34,167 nt of DNA from Candidatus Hydrogenedentota bacterium (GCA_034408725.1 JAWXCN010000031.1:1-34167); one strand, 5' to 3'; counted from the stretch's first letter, positions 19,153 through 28,612 are shown. Numbers and translations are program-made. The notes: a model not told the origin generated them from the sequence alone.

Positions 19153-20229
19153 ATGAGTGAACGAAAGTCTTTCAAGCCGGAGATTATCCGCCACGGCGGC
19201 GCGGGTGGCGGCGGGTTCGATATGAAAAAATTCCGGCCCAATCTTGCGAAAATTATTGGGCCGCTCCTGCTTCTGCTATTGGTGTTCTGGCTTGTGCGCG
19301 GCGGTCCAGCGTATACAGTCGCACCGGGCGAAGAAGGGCTTTTGCTGACCTTTGGCCACTATACGCGAACAACAGGACCTGGGTTTCACTTCAAATTGCC
19401 ATGGCCGATTCAAACTGTCGAATTCGCAAATATCGGCGAAGTAAAACGCCTCGAAGTCGGATTCAGATCGGAAGTAGTTGGAGAATCTACGTCGTACAGA
19501 GATTTTCAAAATGATCCCACGATGTTGAGCGAAGCGCAAATGCTGACGGGCGACGAAAATGTCGTTAACTGTTCGATGGCAGTGCAGTACCAGGTATTGA
19601 ATTCCCGTGAATACCTGTTCAATTTCGGCCCTGGCGAAGTCGAATTCATGTTGAAAGCGGTGGCGGAAGCGGCGTTGCGCCAGGCCGTTGGCGATCATCC
19701 CATCAACGACGTATTAACCACTGGTAAATTCCAAATCATGGGAGAGATTAAGGATGAAATGCAGGAGCTCGTTGACATAACCGGCGCAGGCGTTAAGATT
19801 CATGATGTGTTTTTGCAGGACGTACAACCGCCGCGCGAAGTAGCTCAGGCGTTTCACGATGTGGCAAGCGCGCGCGAAGAACGCGAACGCATCATCAACG
19901 AAGCGCGCGCGTATCAAAGCGAGCAGATTCCCCGCGCCGAAGGCGAGGCGGAACGCATTAAACTTTCCGCGATGGGATATAAGGAGTCGCGTGTGGCGGA
20001 GGCGCAGGGTGCGGTGTCGAAGTTTGCCGCGATTATGAAACAATACGATCAGTCGCCGGAAATCACCCGCTCGCGCCTGTATCTCGAAACCATGTCCACG
20101 CTTTTGCCCAATTTAAAACTCACGATTGTGGACGAGTCTGCCGGCGTAATGAATCTTAAGAGTCTCGACATGCCAAGGCCACAGCCGGCGCAGCAGCAAC
20201 AGCAACCCTACGCCGGAGGTGCCCAGTAA
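19153..20229 (+). CDS. hflK: FtsH protease modulator HflK
   Basis: SPFH domain, MLTGDENVV, VQPP..V..AF.DV..A, RAEGEA, RLYLETM. Confidence 0.93.
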   Translation: MSERKSFKPEIIRHGGAGGGGFDMKKFRPNLAKIIGPLLLLLLVFWLVRGGPAYTVAPGEEGLLLTFGHYTRTTGPGFHFKLPWPIQTVEFANIGEVKRLEVGFRSEVVGESTSYRDFQNDPTMLSEAQMLTGDENVVNCSMAVQYQVLNSREYLFNFGPGEVEFMLKAVAEAALRQAVGDHPINDVLTTGKFQIMGEIKDEMQELVDITGAGVKIHDVFLQDVQPPREVAQAFHDVASAREERERIINEARAYQSEQIPRAEGEAERIKLSAMGYKESRVAEAQGAVSKFAAIMKQYDQSPEITRSRLYLETMSTLLPNLKLTIVDESAGVMNLKSLDMPRPQPAQQQQQPYAGGAQ

Positions 20230-21293
20230 TGCGCAAGGTATTCGTAATCGCCGGCATCGTGGGCGCTGTCTTTGTCGCTGCGCTAATCGTCGCAAACCTC
20301 TGCATGTTTGTCGTGCATGAACGCGATCAGGTTGTTGTCACACGCTTGAATAAGCCCGTGCATGTCATCGTCGGAGACCGGCCGCCGGAGGTCTTCGACC
20401 AGGTTAAACAGGATATTCTCAATGTCGCCAGACGGGACGCGGACAGCATCGATTTGCGGGTGAGCATGGGGGCGGGCCTATATTTCAAAATGCCATTCGC
20501 GGATACGGTCGAACGTTTTCCGGATGTCCTCATGACCTATGACGCGGAACCCGAATCCGTTGTGCTCGCGGACAAGAAAACCCTGGTCGTGGACAATTTT
20601 GCGCGCTGGCGTATCGAAAACCCATTGCTTTTTCGCATCAGCGTTCAAAGCGTCACCGCGGCAAATGGGCGCTTGGATGACGTGATCTATTCCGCGGTGC
20701 GTGAAGAATTGGGAAAGAACAATCTGACCGAGGTCATTCGCTCGACCAACGACTATGTCGCGGACGCTGTCCCGCAAGCCGAAGAAGGCGATCCCGAAGC
20801 GCTCGAATCCGAGAACACAATGCGCGAACGCATTTCGCTGGGCCGGGAAAAAATCATGGAAGCCGTAATGAAACGCGCAAACGATCGCGCGCGTGAGCAG
20901 TTCGGTATTCGCGTCGTGGATGTGAGCATCAAACGCGCGGACCTGTTGGAGGAGAATTTTCAGGCGGTGTACGGCCGCATGTCCGCCGAGCGTTCGCGCA
21001 TTTCCAAAGGCTACCGCAGCGAGGGGTCAAAACAGGCCGACATCATCATGGGCAACACCGACCTGCAAGTGCAGGTCCTGCTCGCGAATGCCGAACGCGA
21101 AGCCGCTGAGCTGAGAGGCCAGGCCGATGCGGAAGCCATCGGTATTTTCGCAGAAACGTTTAACTCCAATCCGAAGCTGTATACGTTCATGCGGTCGCTG
21201 GAAGTGCTCGAAGAATCCATGCAACCTGGAACTGAAGCCATCGTCAGCGCCGATTCAGGGCTTTTCAGGCTGCTCAAGGACTACAAACCATAA
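20229..21293 (+). CDS. hflC: FtsH protease modulator HflC
   Basis: GLYFKMPF, DKKTLVVD..ARWRI, RMSAER, FMRSLE; TAATG overlap with hflK. Confidence 0.93.
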   Translation: MRKVFVIAGIVGAVFVAALIVANLCMFVVHERDQVVVTRLNKPVHVIVGDRPPEVFDQVKQDILNVARRDADSIDLRVSMGAGLYFKMPFADTVERFPDVLMTYDAEPESVVLADKKTLVVDNFARWRIENPLLFRISVQSVTAANGRLDDVIYSAVREELGKNNLTEVIRSTNDYVADAVPQAEEGDPEALESENTMRERISLGREKIMEAVMKRANDRAREQFGIRVVDVSIKRADLLEENFQAVYGRMSAERSRISKGYRSEGSKQADIIMGNTDLQVQVLLANAEREAAELRGQADAEAIGIFAETFNSNPKLYTFMRSLEVLEESMQPGTEAIVSADSGLFRLLKDYKP

Positions 21294-21314
21294 CACCCGC
21301 GCGCAGACCAACAT

Positions 21315-23102
21315 TTAATATTCGATCAAATACTTGCCCGTCTCGAACTCATTCGTTGTGATGATCAGTTTTGCGCGATCCCGGTCGTACGTCCAATCCA
21401 CGCCTTCTTCAAGCGACTTCATGTCCAACGAAACCCGCAATGGCGGATGAATCATGTGGATTCGCAGGATGTGGGGCTTACGTTCGCCCGAAAGTGTCAG
21501 CGTTAACTGGCTTGCCATATCCGATTCAAGCAGAGTCTTGCCTGAGCCGTCTGGATATACAAGCTCGAAGCGTGATCGCCCCTTTGGATACACGAGCCAC
21601 GTAATCGAACCTTCCGATTCGCGGTCCCCGTATCCCGTATAGTCGCGCGACACATTGAGTGGGATGAGCGCGCCATCGCGGATGAATACCGGCGCCTCCT
21701 CCAGCGGAAACGTGCGGCGGACGGATTTCGGCCCCTCAATGATTTGCAGATCATTGAACATGTAACGCCAGGTTCCCGCGGGCAATGTGACCGCGCGCAT
21801 GAGATTGTCCTCGTAGATTGGCGCGACCAGAATGTCGTCGCCAAAAAGATAGTGGTACTTCGCTTCGAGGGGACGCATGAGCGGCTCGCCGCCTTCGTGG
21901 CACGCGACGATATGCGAATACATATACGGAATCAGTTCGGTGTGAAGCCACGCGAACTTGCGCACAATTTCCCATTCGTGCTCGTTGTACTTCCACAGCG
22001 CCCTGTCGGAATGGCCACCGTTCAAAAACAGCCCGCAAAAGCAGGAAAATTGCGCCCAGCGCGCGTAAAGATTCGGAGGGATGTTTTGACCGGAGTAACC
22101 CGCGACGTCCGAACCGAGCACGTTGTACCCCATGGACGCAGTGCGCAGAATGTCCGTCAGCGCCTCCTCGATGCCCTGGCGTTCGAGCGACCACTCGTGG
22201 TCCTGATCGCCTACCCAGTTGACAGGCGATGCATCCAGTGGCGAGAACCCTTCGGGATGCGTCATCGTGTCCAGCCATTGTTTAAATTCCGTCGGTTTGA
22301 CGTCATCGTCGAGCCGCCCGAAGCGGTCCGCGGACCGCGACAAGGTGATGAACTCCGGATTCTGCGTCAGGCCGTGCTGATATTCGTCGCGATAATAGTG
22401 GTCCATGTATTGCCGCGTCGTCATCAGTCCTTCGCGCGTTTCCATGTACCAAACCGGAAGTCCGCGATAGCGCGTGCCGAAATAGGTCGCGCTATCATCC
22501 AGTTTCCAGCCATCGATCCCCCAATCGAAAACCTGCTGCTGCAATCCTCGCCACCACGTCATCGCGTCGGGGTTCGTGTAATCGATAAAACCGCCGCGGC
22601 CTTTCCACCAACCGATTTGATACCCGTCACCAGCAAGGTAATCCTTGTCGCGCGCTTCCTCGTACCAATCCTGCGAATCCTCAATGGCGGTATCTTTGCT
22701 CGCGCTGTTCACATTTGGCGTCATCCACAGCACCACGCGATAACCGCGTTCCTGTAAATCCCCAAAAAACTTTTCCGGGTTGGGATATCGCGTTTTATCA
22801 ACGGCAAAATCGTTGTACCGCGTACTCCACGGGCTGTCGATCAGGATTGTGCGCACTGGAAAATCCCGGTCTTCATAACCTTTGAGCAGTTCCAGAATCG
22901 CTTCGGAAGTATTGCCATCGTCTTCCCAAAGCCAAGGCTCCAATGCCCATGCCGGCGTCAACGGGACCGCGCCATGGCGTGAGCCATTGAACGGCATGCC
23001 CCAAAGGGGATAAACCCAGTAGAAATAGACGCCCGCCATAATCATCAGCACGAATAGGATGAATAGCTGGGCCAACCGGAAAAAGCAACCGCGTTTTTTC
23101 AT
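21315..23102 (-). CDS. Glycoside hydrolase family 31 with an N-terminal membrane anchor
   Basis: IDSPW, IDYTNP.A..WW, GIDGWKLD (nucleophile), WVGD (acid/base), GSDVAGY, YLFGDDILVAP, LPAGTW. ATG follows a GGGG RBS. Confidence 0.88.
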   Translation of the reverse strand: MKKRGCFFRLAQLFILFVLMIMAGVYFYWVYPLWGMPFNGSRHGAVPLTPAWALEPWLWEDDGNTSEAILELLKGYEDRDFPVRTILIDSPWSTRYNDFAVDKTRYPNPEKFFGDLQERGYRVVLWMTPNVNSASKDTAIEDSQDWYEEARDKDYLAGDGYQIGWWKGRGGFIDYTNPDAMTWWRGLQQQVFDWGIDGWKLDDSATYFGTRYRGLPVWYMETREGLMTTRQYMDHYYRDEYQHGLTQNPEFITLSRSADRFGRLDDDVKPTEFKQWLDTMTHPEGFSPLDASPVNWVGDQDHEWSLERQGIEEALTDILRTASMGYNVLGSDVAGYSGQNIPPNLYARWAQFSCFCGLFLNGGHSDRALWKYNEHEWEIVRKFAWLHTELIPYMYSHIVACHEGGEPLMRPLEAKYHYLFGDDILVAPIYEDNLMRAVTLPAGTWRYMFNDLQIIEGPKSVRRTFPLEEAPVFIRDGALIPLNVSRDYTGYGDRESEGSITWLVYPKGRSRFELVYPDGSGKTLLESDMASQLTLTLSGERKPHILRIHMIHPPLRVSLDMKSLEEGVDWTYDRDRAKLIITTNEFETGKYLIEY

Positions 23103-23148
23103 GTCCCCCTGATCACTCCCCTTGCGAAACTCGGTTGCCCGCACTATA

Positions 23149-24108
23149 TCAGGTATGGGAAGTGAAGTTGCGCCGTCTCGACGGGCGCCGCAAATGGAAA
23201 AAGATAGCCGCGGACAGCAGTAGCGCGACCACCCCCAACCATTGCGCGGCGGACAGCCCCAGCAATAAGACGCCGCGCTCCGGAAGCAGCCAATCCAGAG
23301 TGAGGCGAATCACGCCGTAGCCGGCCAACACAAAAGCAAACGTTTCGCCAGTCCGCTGGGACTTCCTATAAATCACTTCCGCCAGAAGCCATCCCGCCAA
23401 AGCCGCCGCAGAAACAAGCAGTGGCAACGGCAATACGGGAAGTGAACGCTCGACCTGCGCGCGGGCGACAATTTCCGGTCCGCGCGCCGCAGGCAATCCG
23501 TCTTCGACAAGGAGCTGTTCTATAATTTCGGGATGAATGGTGAGAAGTTGCGCGTGCGGCCATAAGGGTTTCGCCGAATCCTTTTCAGACCGGACGAGTC
23601 CGGCGGGAACCGGGAGCAGTTCCGCGCGATACTGATGCTCGTATGGAAGGCTTCCATAGGGGTACGTGATGCCAGGAACGGACGCGCACACGTCGCCGGC
23701 GCAACACCCGGCGAGCAAACACCCGATCTTCGCAACGGCCAGACCAAGAAACGCGGAAGGAGCCAACGCATCAACATACGTGAAAACATTGGCCCCTGTC
23801 GCGAATAGGAATACCACAAGCGCGACTGACGCGCCCAAAAGAAAAAAAGTTAGTGAACCAGGCGCGCGGTTCGCCGGAGAAAATACTTCCACGCCGCGCC
23901 CGGAGCCGATCAGCCACGCCGCGGCGCGTCCCGCAAGCCAGCCCCCTATCAACATGATTGTGGTAGCCTTCGCCAGCAATGCCGGGTCGAGCGAACGATA
24001 GCGGATACGCGGCGCGATGAAAGCCAACGCCGCCATCACGGCCAAAAACATCATTGCGGAATACGCGCTGACGTAAAAATGCCCGACAACAAAGAGGATT
24101 GGCCGCAT
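23149..24108 (-). CDS. Divergent prolipoprotein diacylglyceryl transferase (Lgt)-family protein
   Basis: M.P.LF..G....AY N-terminus, D.LAP..FLGLA..KIGCLLAGCC.G, YG..R...D. Several canonical motifs are altered (see findings). Confidence 0.75.
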   Translation of the reverse strand: MRPILFVVGHFYVSAYSAMMFLAVMAALAFIAPRIRYRSLDPALLAKATTIMLIGGWLAGRAAAWLIGSGRGVEVFSPANRAPGSLTFFLLGASVALVVFLFATGANVFTYVDALAPSAFLGLAVAKIGCLLAGCCAGDVCASVPGITYPYGSLPYEHQYRAELLPVPAGLVRSEKDSAKPLWPHAQLLTIHPEIIEQLLVEDGLPAARGPEIVARAQVERSLPVLPLPLLVSAAALAGWLLAEVIYRKSQRTGETFAFVLAGYGVIRLTLDWLLPERGVLLLGLSAAQWLGVVALLLSAAIFFHLRRPSRRRNFTSHT

Positions 24109-24152
24109 AACGGCGAAGGGCGCTTTAGACCGCTAGGCTACCTGGCGCCGAA

Positions 24153-24299
24153 TTATAAACCAATGCACTGATCGATTAAGGAAAGTCTGGCGCCTGAACC
24201 CGGACCCGCGAAGGCGATCATCGCCGGCGCAAACAATCCAACCGCCATCGCGACGGCGATTACGTACCAGATGAGCTTCGACTGTTTCAACTTGCGCAT
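24153..24299 (-). CDS. Small secreted peptide, 48 aa: MRKLKQSKLIWYVIAVAMAVGLFAPAMIAFAGPGSGARLSLIDQCIGL
   Basis: Hand-translated and absent from the ORF track, whose shortest entries are 60 aa. GGGGAG RBS before the ATG; basic N-region, hydrophobic H-region and an A-F-A signal peptidase I-like site. Confidence 0.7.
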   Translation of the reverse strand: MRKLKQSKLIWYVIAVAMAVGLFAPAMIAFAGPGSGARLSLIDQCIGL

Positions 24300-24470
24300 T
24301 TCAGTTCTCCCCAATTAATTTTCGTTAATCGTCTCGAAATTGTGCAAACGCCGCCAATTTCCCGGATTCCCGCGAAAGTATATAGTCGATATTCAGGAAA
24401 AGTAAAGCCCGAATCGATGTGTTGGATGAGCGGTTCCGGGACGTAAAAACGTTCCCAGTTGTGAGCATGA

Positions 24471-25994
24471 TTATTGAAGCCGGGGCCTCGTAAATAGGGG
24501 CTGTCCGTGACGCATGCGGTCGAGGATGACGCCCTGCGACAGGAGGCAAAAGAGGGGCATGAGACTGAAAATAAAGACCATGGAAATGTAATTCAGGTTA
24601 AACCAATCGGCATTCGGCTCATCAAGCTGATAGAGTTGGAGAGTGCCAACCACGAAAATAAACACCGCCAAACACGTAAATCCAAAGATTGCTTTTCGTT
24701 GAAAGAGTTGACGTTTAAGGCAGACGTTTCCTACCCAACAGAGAAGTCCCAGGAACACTGCTTCCGGTACTGCGATTAACCAAAAGTCCGAGGGTTCGGA
24801 TTTGGTTAGAGCAGCGGCAGCTAAACAGCAAATGAAATAAGCCCAATACAATATTGGCAGATACGGAACCCATACCATGCACCAGGAGGCGATAAAAATC
24901 CCCATGTACAGCATCAGTAGCAACCAGACGTCGTCAACGTTGTAAAAAACGCCTGCGCCATTCAACTGAATCGCGAATAGAAAAATCGTAGCCAATGCTA
25001 ACTGCGTGAAAAAGTTCGATTTCGCAATTACCCGCATGCGGTTTAACACGACGTCCTGGACTGTAACTGGCTTAGTCCACAGTACACGGGAAACTCTGGC
25101 GGTAAAAATGCCTATCAACATCATCCCCACTTGAAAACTGGAAACGAGCGAAGTTGCGAAGTACGATTGGAATGTATCTTCCAAATCCATTTCATCAAAG
25201 TCCATTCCAAACAGGGGTAATGCGAAAAAAATGCCTGAAAACAAAGTAACGGCAGGAACAATCCAGCCAACAGTTCGCCATTCAAACCAGTATGGTCCGC
25301 TGGCGCGGACTCCGAGAACTTTGAATTCTGTATTTTGAGGCGAAGCAGTGTCGAAAAGGATTTGGACGCGCGCAGGTTCGCGAATTCGTGCAAGGCTGAC
25401 GAAGGATGCTGCCATGCAAAAGAAAATAAATGTGCCGAGCACGCCGTATTGGAAACCAAACCAGTTGACCGCGCCGTTATCCAAATAATATACGGTCGCA
25501 ACAACCGGGGCGATGGTGATAATTATCATGGCGATTACCACGACAGGAAAACGCCGGCCAAGCGTAGCGAGCATGGAAGCATAGGCGTATAGAACGATGG
25601 CGCCAACAAGGCTGTGCGCGATCTCAAAGTATTTCTCATTGATGGTGGTCAGCAATACGCCGAGGACAAGAGCCGTGCCTGCCATTACGGCAAAGCGGAA
25701 ACCGATCTGGGTCGCGGCGATATGTCTTGCCGTTAAGGGAAGTGTCAACATGCGCGCGGGAAGGCCCATGCGCAGGTCTCGGACAGAACTGTGGGTGAAC
25801 ATCAACACGGCCATGACGAGTAAGAGCGAACCCCAGGCCATTGCGAAGGTAAACGACGCCCACTCATCAGTCGAAACCCATTTGATTAAATATCCGGAGA
25901 GAGATGCGGCGAAGGTGAGGACTATACCCAGAACAACAACGGTCCGAACCTGCCGCCACTGTTCCCAAATGAGCGCGTATGTGGGTGATCGCAT
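24471..25994 (-). CDS. ABC-2-type permease-like polytopic membrane protein with two internal halves
   Basis: Follows the ABC ATPase. 'ALIWEQWR...LTLPLT' is echoed by 'YWFEWR...TKPVT'; about 12+ TM segments. Confidence 0.78.
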   Translation of the reverse strand: MRSPTYALIWEQWRQVRTVVVLGIVLTFAASLSGYLIKWVSTDEWASFTFAMAWGSLLLVMAVLMFTHSSVRDLRMGLPARMLTLPLTARHIAATQIGFRFAVMAGTALVLGVLLTTINEKYFEIAHSLVGAIVLYAYASMLATLGRRFPVVVIAMIIITIAPVVATVYYLDNGAVNWFGFQYGVLGTFIFFCMAASFVSLARIREPARVQILFDTASPQNTEFKVLGVRASGPYWFEWRTVGWIVPAVTLFSGIFFALPLFGMDFDEMDLEDTFQSYFATSLVSSFQVGMMLIGIFTARVSRVLWTKPVTVQDVVLNRMRVIAKSNFFTQLALATIFLFAIQLNGAGVFYNVDDVWLLLMLYMGIFIASWCMVWVPYLPILYWAYFICCLAAAALTKSEPSDFWLIAVPEAVFLGLLCWVGNVCLKRQLFQRKAIFGFTCLAVFIFVVGTLQLYQLDEPNADWFNLNYISMVFIFSLMPLFCLLSQGVILDRMRHGQPLFTRPRLQ

Positions 25995-26005
25995 TCCGTG
26001 CGTCC

Positions 26006-26923
26006 TTATGCGTTCACCGCGCCGCGTCCAGCGCGGGCGATGAAGATATCTTCGAGGCTGGGAGTATTTTCTTCGACAATCGTTGCGCCGAGAGTTGATG
26101 CGGCGGCGCGGACGGCGTCCATCCGGCCGTTGCAAACAATGGTCCACTCGCGTCCACCTCCCTCGACGGAAAGCGCGCCATCAATTCTCGGCGGAGTCTG
26201 GAGCGGCTGGTCAAATTGCAGGGTGATGGTGTGATGCTGTGCCTTGAGCTCGTCCATGCTCGCGCAAAGGACAAGTTTGCCCTTGTTGAGCATCGCGACG
26301 GTATCGGCCACGCGCTCGACCTCATCAAGCAAGTGCGACGAGAAAAATACCGTGCGCCCTTCATCGGCAACGGTGCGGACGATGGCGGCGAGGATGTCGC
26401 GGCGGGCAATCGCATCGAGACCGGACGACGGTTCATCGAGTACCAGCAGTTCGGGTTTATGCGCAAGCGCGATGAGCAATCCGGCAAGCGCGCGTTGTCC
26501 GCGCGAAAGATTTTTGATCTTCGCGCCGGCGTCGAGTCCAAACTGCTGGCGAAGCTCTTCGGCATAGGCATCGTCCCACTTGGGGTAGAACGAGCGGTTG
26601 TACCGGATGAGTTCATTGACCCGCATCCAGAGCGGAAGATCATGATCCTCTGATAAATAGCCAAGCCGCGCGAGCACCAGTTCCGGCTTACGCACCGGGT
26701 CCATGCCAAACATGGATACGCTTCCGCCGGTTGGAACGAGAAGGCCGAGCATCAGTTTGATGAGCGTAGTCTTGCCAGCGCCGTTCTCACCGACGAGCCC
26801 GAAAACCCCTCCTCGCGGGACGGATAGCGATACGCCGGAAAGGGCAGTCGTGCGGCCGTACTGGTGAGTAAGGCGATCCGCCAGCACCGGCGATTCGGCT
26901 CCCGCACTAGTTCCCTTGGCCAT
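26006..26923 (-). CDS. ABC transporter ATP-binding protein (YtrB-like)
   Basis: GENGAGKTT, LSRGQ, LVLDEP, SSHLL, SLEDIF. Confidence 0.93.
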   Translation of the reverse strand: MAKGTSAGAESPVLADRLTHQYGRTTALSGVSLSVPRGGVFGLVGENGAGKTTLIKLMLGLLVPTGGSVSMFGMDPVRKPELVLARLGYLSEDHDLPLWMRVNELIRYNRSFYPKWDDAYAEELRQQFGLDAGAKIKNLSRGQRALAGLLIALAHKPELLVLDEPSSGLDAIARRDILAAIVRTVADEGRTVFFSSHLLDEVERVADTVAMLNKGKLVLCASMDELKAQHHTITLQFDQPLQTPPRIDGALSVEGGGREWTIVCNGRMDAVRAAASTLGATIVEENTPSLEDIFIARAGRGAVNA

Positions 26924-27335
26924 CTTTCGATCCCTCCTTGGCTGGCTGATCCAGCAATCGATCCCGCGTTTTCATGAGCGAAATGACTTCCTCGACGGGC
27001 ACGTCCAACTGCCGGGCTTCGGCGAGCAACCCGTCCACATGGGCTGTTAGTATTTTAATACGTTCGGCCCAGGCGAAAGGGGTGCCCTCTGTCGAAACGT
27101 AGGTGCCAGCGCCTTGGCGGGTTATGAATATCCCGGCCTGTTCCAATTCGCGATATGCGCGCGCGACAGTGTTCGGATTAATTAACAGGCGCTCCGCGAG
27201 TACGCGGATGGGAGGAACTTCGTCGCTGGCACGCAGTCTGCCCGATGCAACGAGGTACTTGACCTGGCTCACGATCTGGCGGTAGATGGGTACGCCGTTT
27301 TTTGGGGAGAGGTGAATATTCATGGGCTGACTCAT
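26907..27335 (-). CDS. GntR family transcriptional regulator (YtrA subfamily)
   Basis: PIYRQI, P.IR.LA..L.INPNTVARAYRELE, G.GTYV; short C-terminal domain; upstream of ABC genes. Confidence 0.92.
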   Translation of the reverse strand: MSQPMNIHLSPKNGVPIYRQIVSQVKYLVASGRLRASDEVPPIRVLAERLLINPNTVARAYRELEQAGIFITRQGAGTYVSTEGTPFAWAERIKILTAHVDGLLAEARQLDVPVEEVISLMKTRDRLLDQPAKEGSKDGQGN

Positions 27336-27359
27336 ATTGTATTAAAACTTTAATACAAT
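27336..27359. promoter_or_regulatory. YtrA-type GntR operator palindrome
   Basis: Perfect 11-bp inverted repeat ATTGTATTAAA-AC-TTTAATACAAT directly upstream of the gntR ATG and overlapping the -10 box. Confidence 0.8.
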
Positions 27360-27375
27360 TTGCGGCAGTTGTCAA
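27347..27375 (-). promoter_or_regulatory. Sigma70 promoter of the gntR-ABC operon
   Basis: On the minus strand, TTGACA-17 nt-TAAAGT. Confidence 0.65.
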
Positions 27376-27380
27376 CCCCC

Positions 27381-27409
27381 TTGCGTGTCAGGACGTACTA
27401 CCATATACT
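27381..27409 (+). promoter_or_regulatory. Divergent sigma70 promoter for the lytic transglycosylase gene
   Basis: TTGCGT-17 nt-TATACT. Confidence 0.55.
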
Positions 27410-27454
27410 CTTTACGCGGCTCTTGGGGCGCAAAACGTAGGGAAGACGAAATCG

Positions 27455-28612
27455 TTGAAAAGGATAGCAAGCTATTTCTGTGTGACAGTCGCTGTTGCTA
27501 TGGTGGCTGGCGACGCATTCGCGCAGAGTCCGACTGGCCCTGCCGCTTCCAAATCCTATATCGCCACGCAGGCACCCGTCGCAATCCCGCAGAAGCCCTC
27601 GCGCGCGGGTAATCTCGGCGTCACCACCCAGAACCGGATAAAACAGCGCGAAGAGCGCGAGCAATATCTTCAGCAACAGCTTGAGCAACGGCGCGCGGCG
27701 TCGCCCGCTCGAATGCGGGGCATGGCGATATACCAACCGAAAGGCGGTGGCGTGCCGCTGTTGACCAACCGGATTGACAAATACGAAGCGCGGAAAGATT
27801 TCCGGCGCATCAAAATAAACTACGACCCGATCGTCAAGCCTGATCGCTGGGGCAAGACCCTTGGCAGGTACACCTATTCCGATATTCATACCTATGTTGC
27901 GCACTTCGCGAAAGAACACAATTTGGATGAAAGCCTGATTCACGCGGTAATCCATGTGGAGAGCCGGGGCAACCCTTACGCAAAGTCGTCGAAGGGCGCG
28001 TCGGGTTTGATGCAGCTCATGCCGGGCACCGCGGCGGACCTCAAGGTGAAGGACGTCTTTGACCCGGCCGAGAACATTGGCGGCGGCTCGCAATATCTTG
28101 CGAAGCTGTTGAAGCTGTTCAAGGGTGATTATTCGCTTGCGCTTGCGGGATACAACGCGGGACCGGAAACGGTGAAACGCTATGGCGGCATTCCTCCATA
28201 CCGCGAAACGCAGCAGTACGTCGAAAAGGTGTTGGCGAAGTGGGAAACACTTGCGGGCACCGGCAATTCCGTTCCATACAAAAAGGTCGATCCCGAAAAG
28301 TCGCCCACGGTCATTGTTGCGAAAAAGAAAGAGAAGTTGACGACGAAGACATTGGGCGATCCCGCCCGTGAATCGCACGATATCGTATTCGCCAGTGGCA
28401 ACACCCAGGCCGTTGACAAGGTCAGTACACAGGGCGAATACATCTATTTGGTCGACGATGGCCGGACGTTCCGGTTGAAGAAGGAAATGGTGCAGTCGGT
28501 TGATGGGACAGCGTTGTCGCCGGCGGGCGAGGCTGGCGAAATCGCCGCCGTGCCGGACGTAACGGTCGCCCTTCCGAACGATGACGGCGTCCAGTTGGCC
28601 GCTCAGATATAA
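27455..28612 (+). CDS. Secreted lytic transglycosylase (SLT/GH23 domain)
   Basis: Signal peptide from TTG 27455 (…GDAFA); AVIHVES, A.SSKGASGLMQLMP.TA, ALAGYNAG, PPYRETQQYV. Confidence 0.9.
   Translation: MKRIASYFCVTVAVAMVAGDAFAQSPTGPAASKSYIATQAPVAIPQKPSRAGNLGVTTQNRIKQREEREQYLQQQLEQRRAASPARMRGMAIYQPKGGGVPLLTNRIDKYEARKDFRRIKINYDPIVKPDRWGKTLGRYTYSDIHTYVAHFAKEHNLDESLIHAVIHVESRGNPYAKSSKGASGLMQLMPGTAADLKVKDVFDPAENIGGGSQYLAKLLKLFKGDYSLALAGYNAGPETVKRYGGIPPYRETQQYVEKVLAKWETLAGTGNSVPYKKVDPEKSPTVIVAKKKEKLTTKTLGDPARESHDIVFASGNTQAVDKVSTQGEYIYLVDDGRTFRLKKEMVQSVDGTALSPAGEAGEIAAVPDVTVALPNDDGVQLAAQI

Noticed and set aside
19153-21293. hflKC without adjacent hflX or ftsH
   Set aside because: Stand-alone hflKC operons are common.
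21744-22757. 337-aa plus-strand ORF
   Set aside because: Antisense shadow of the GH31 gene.
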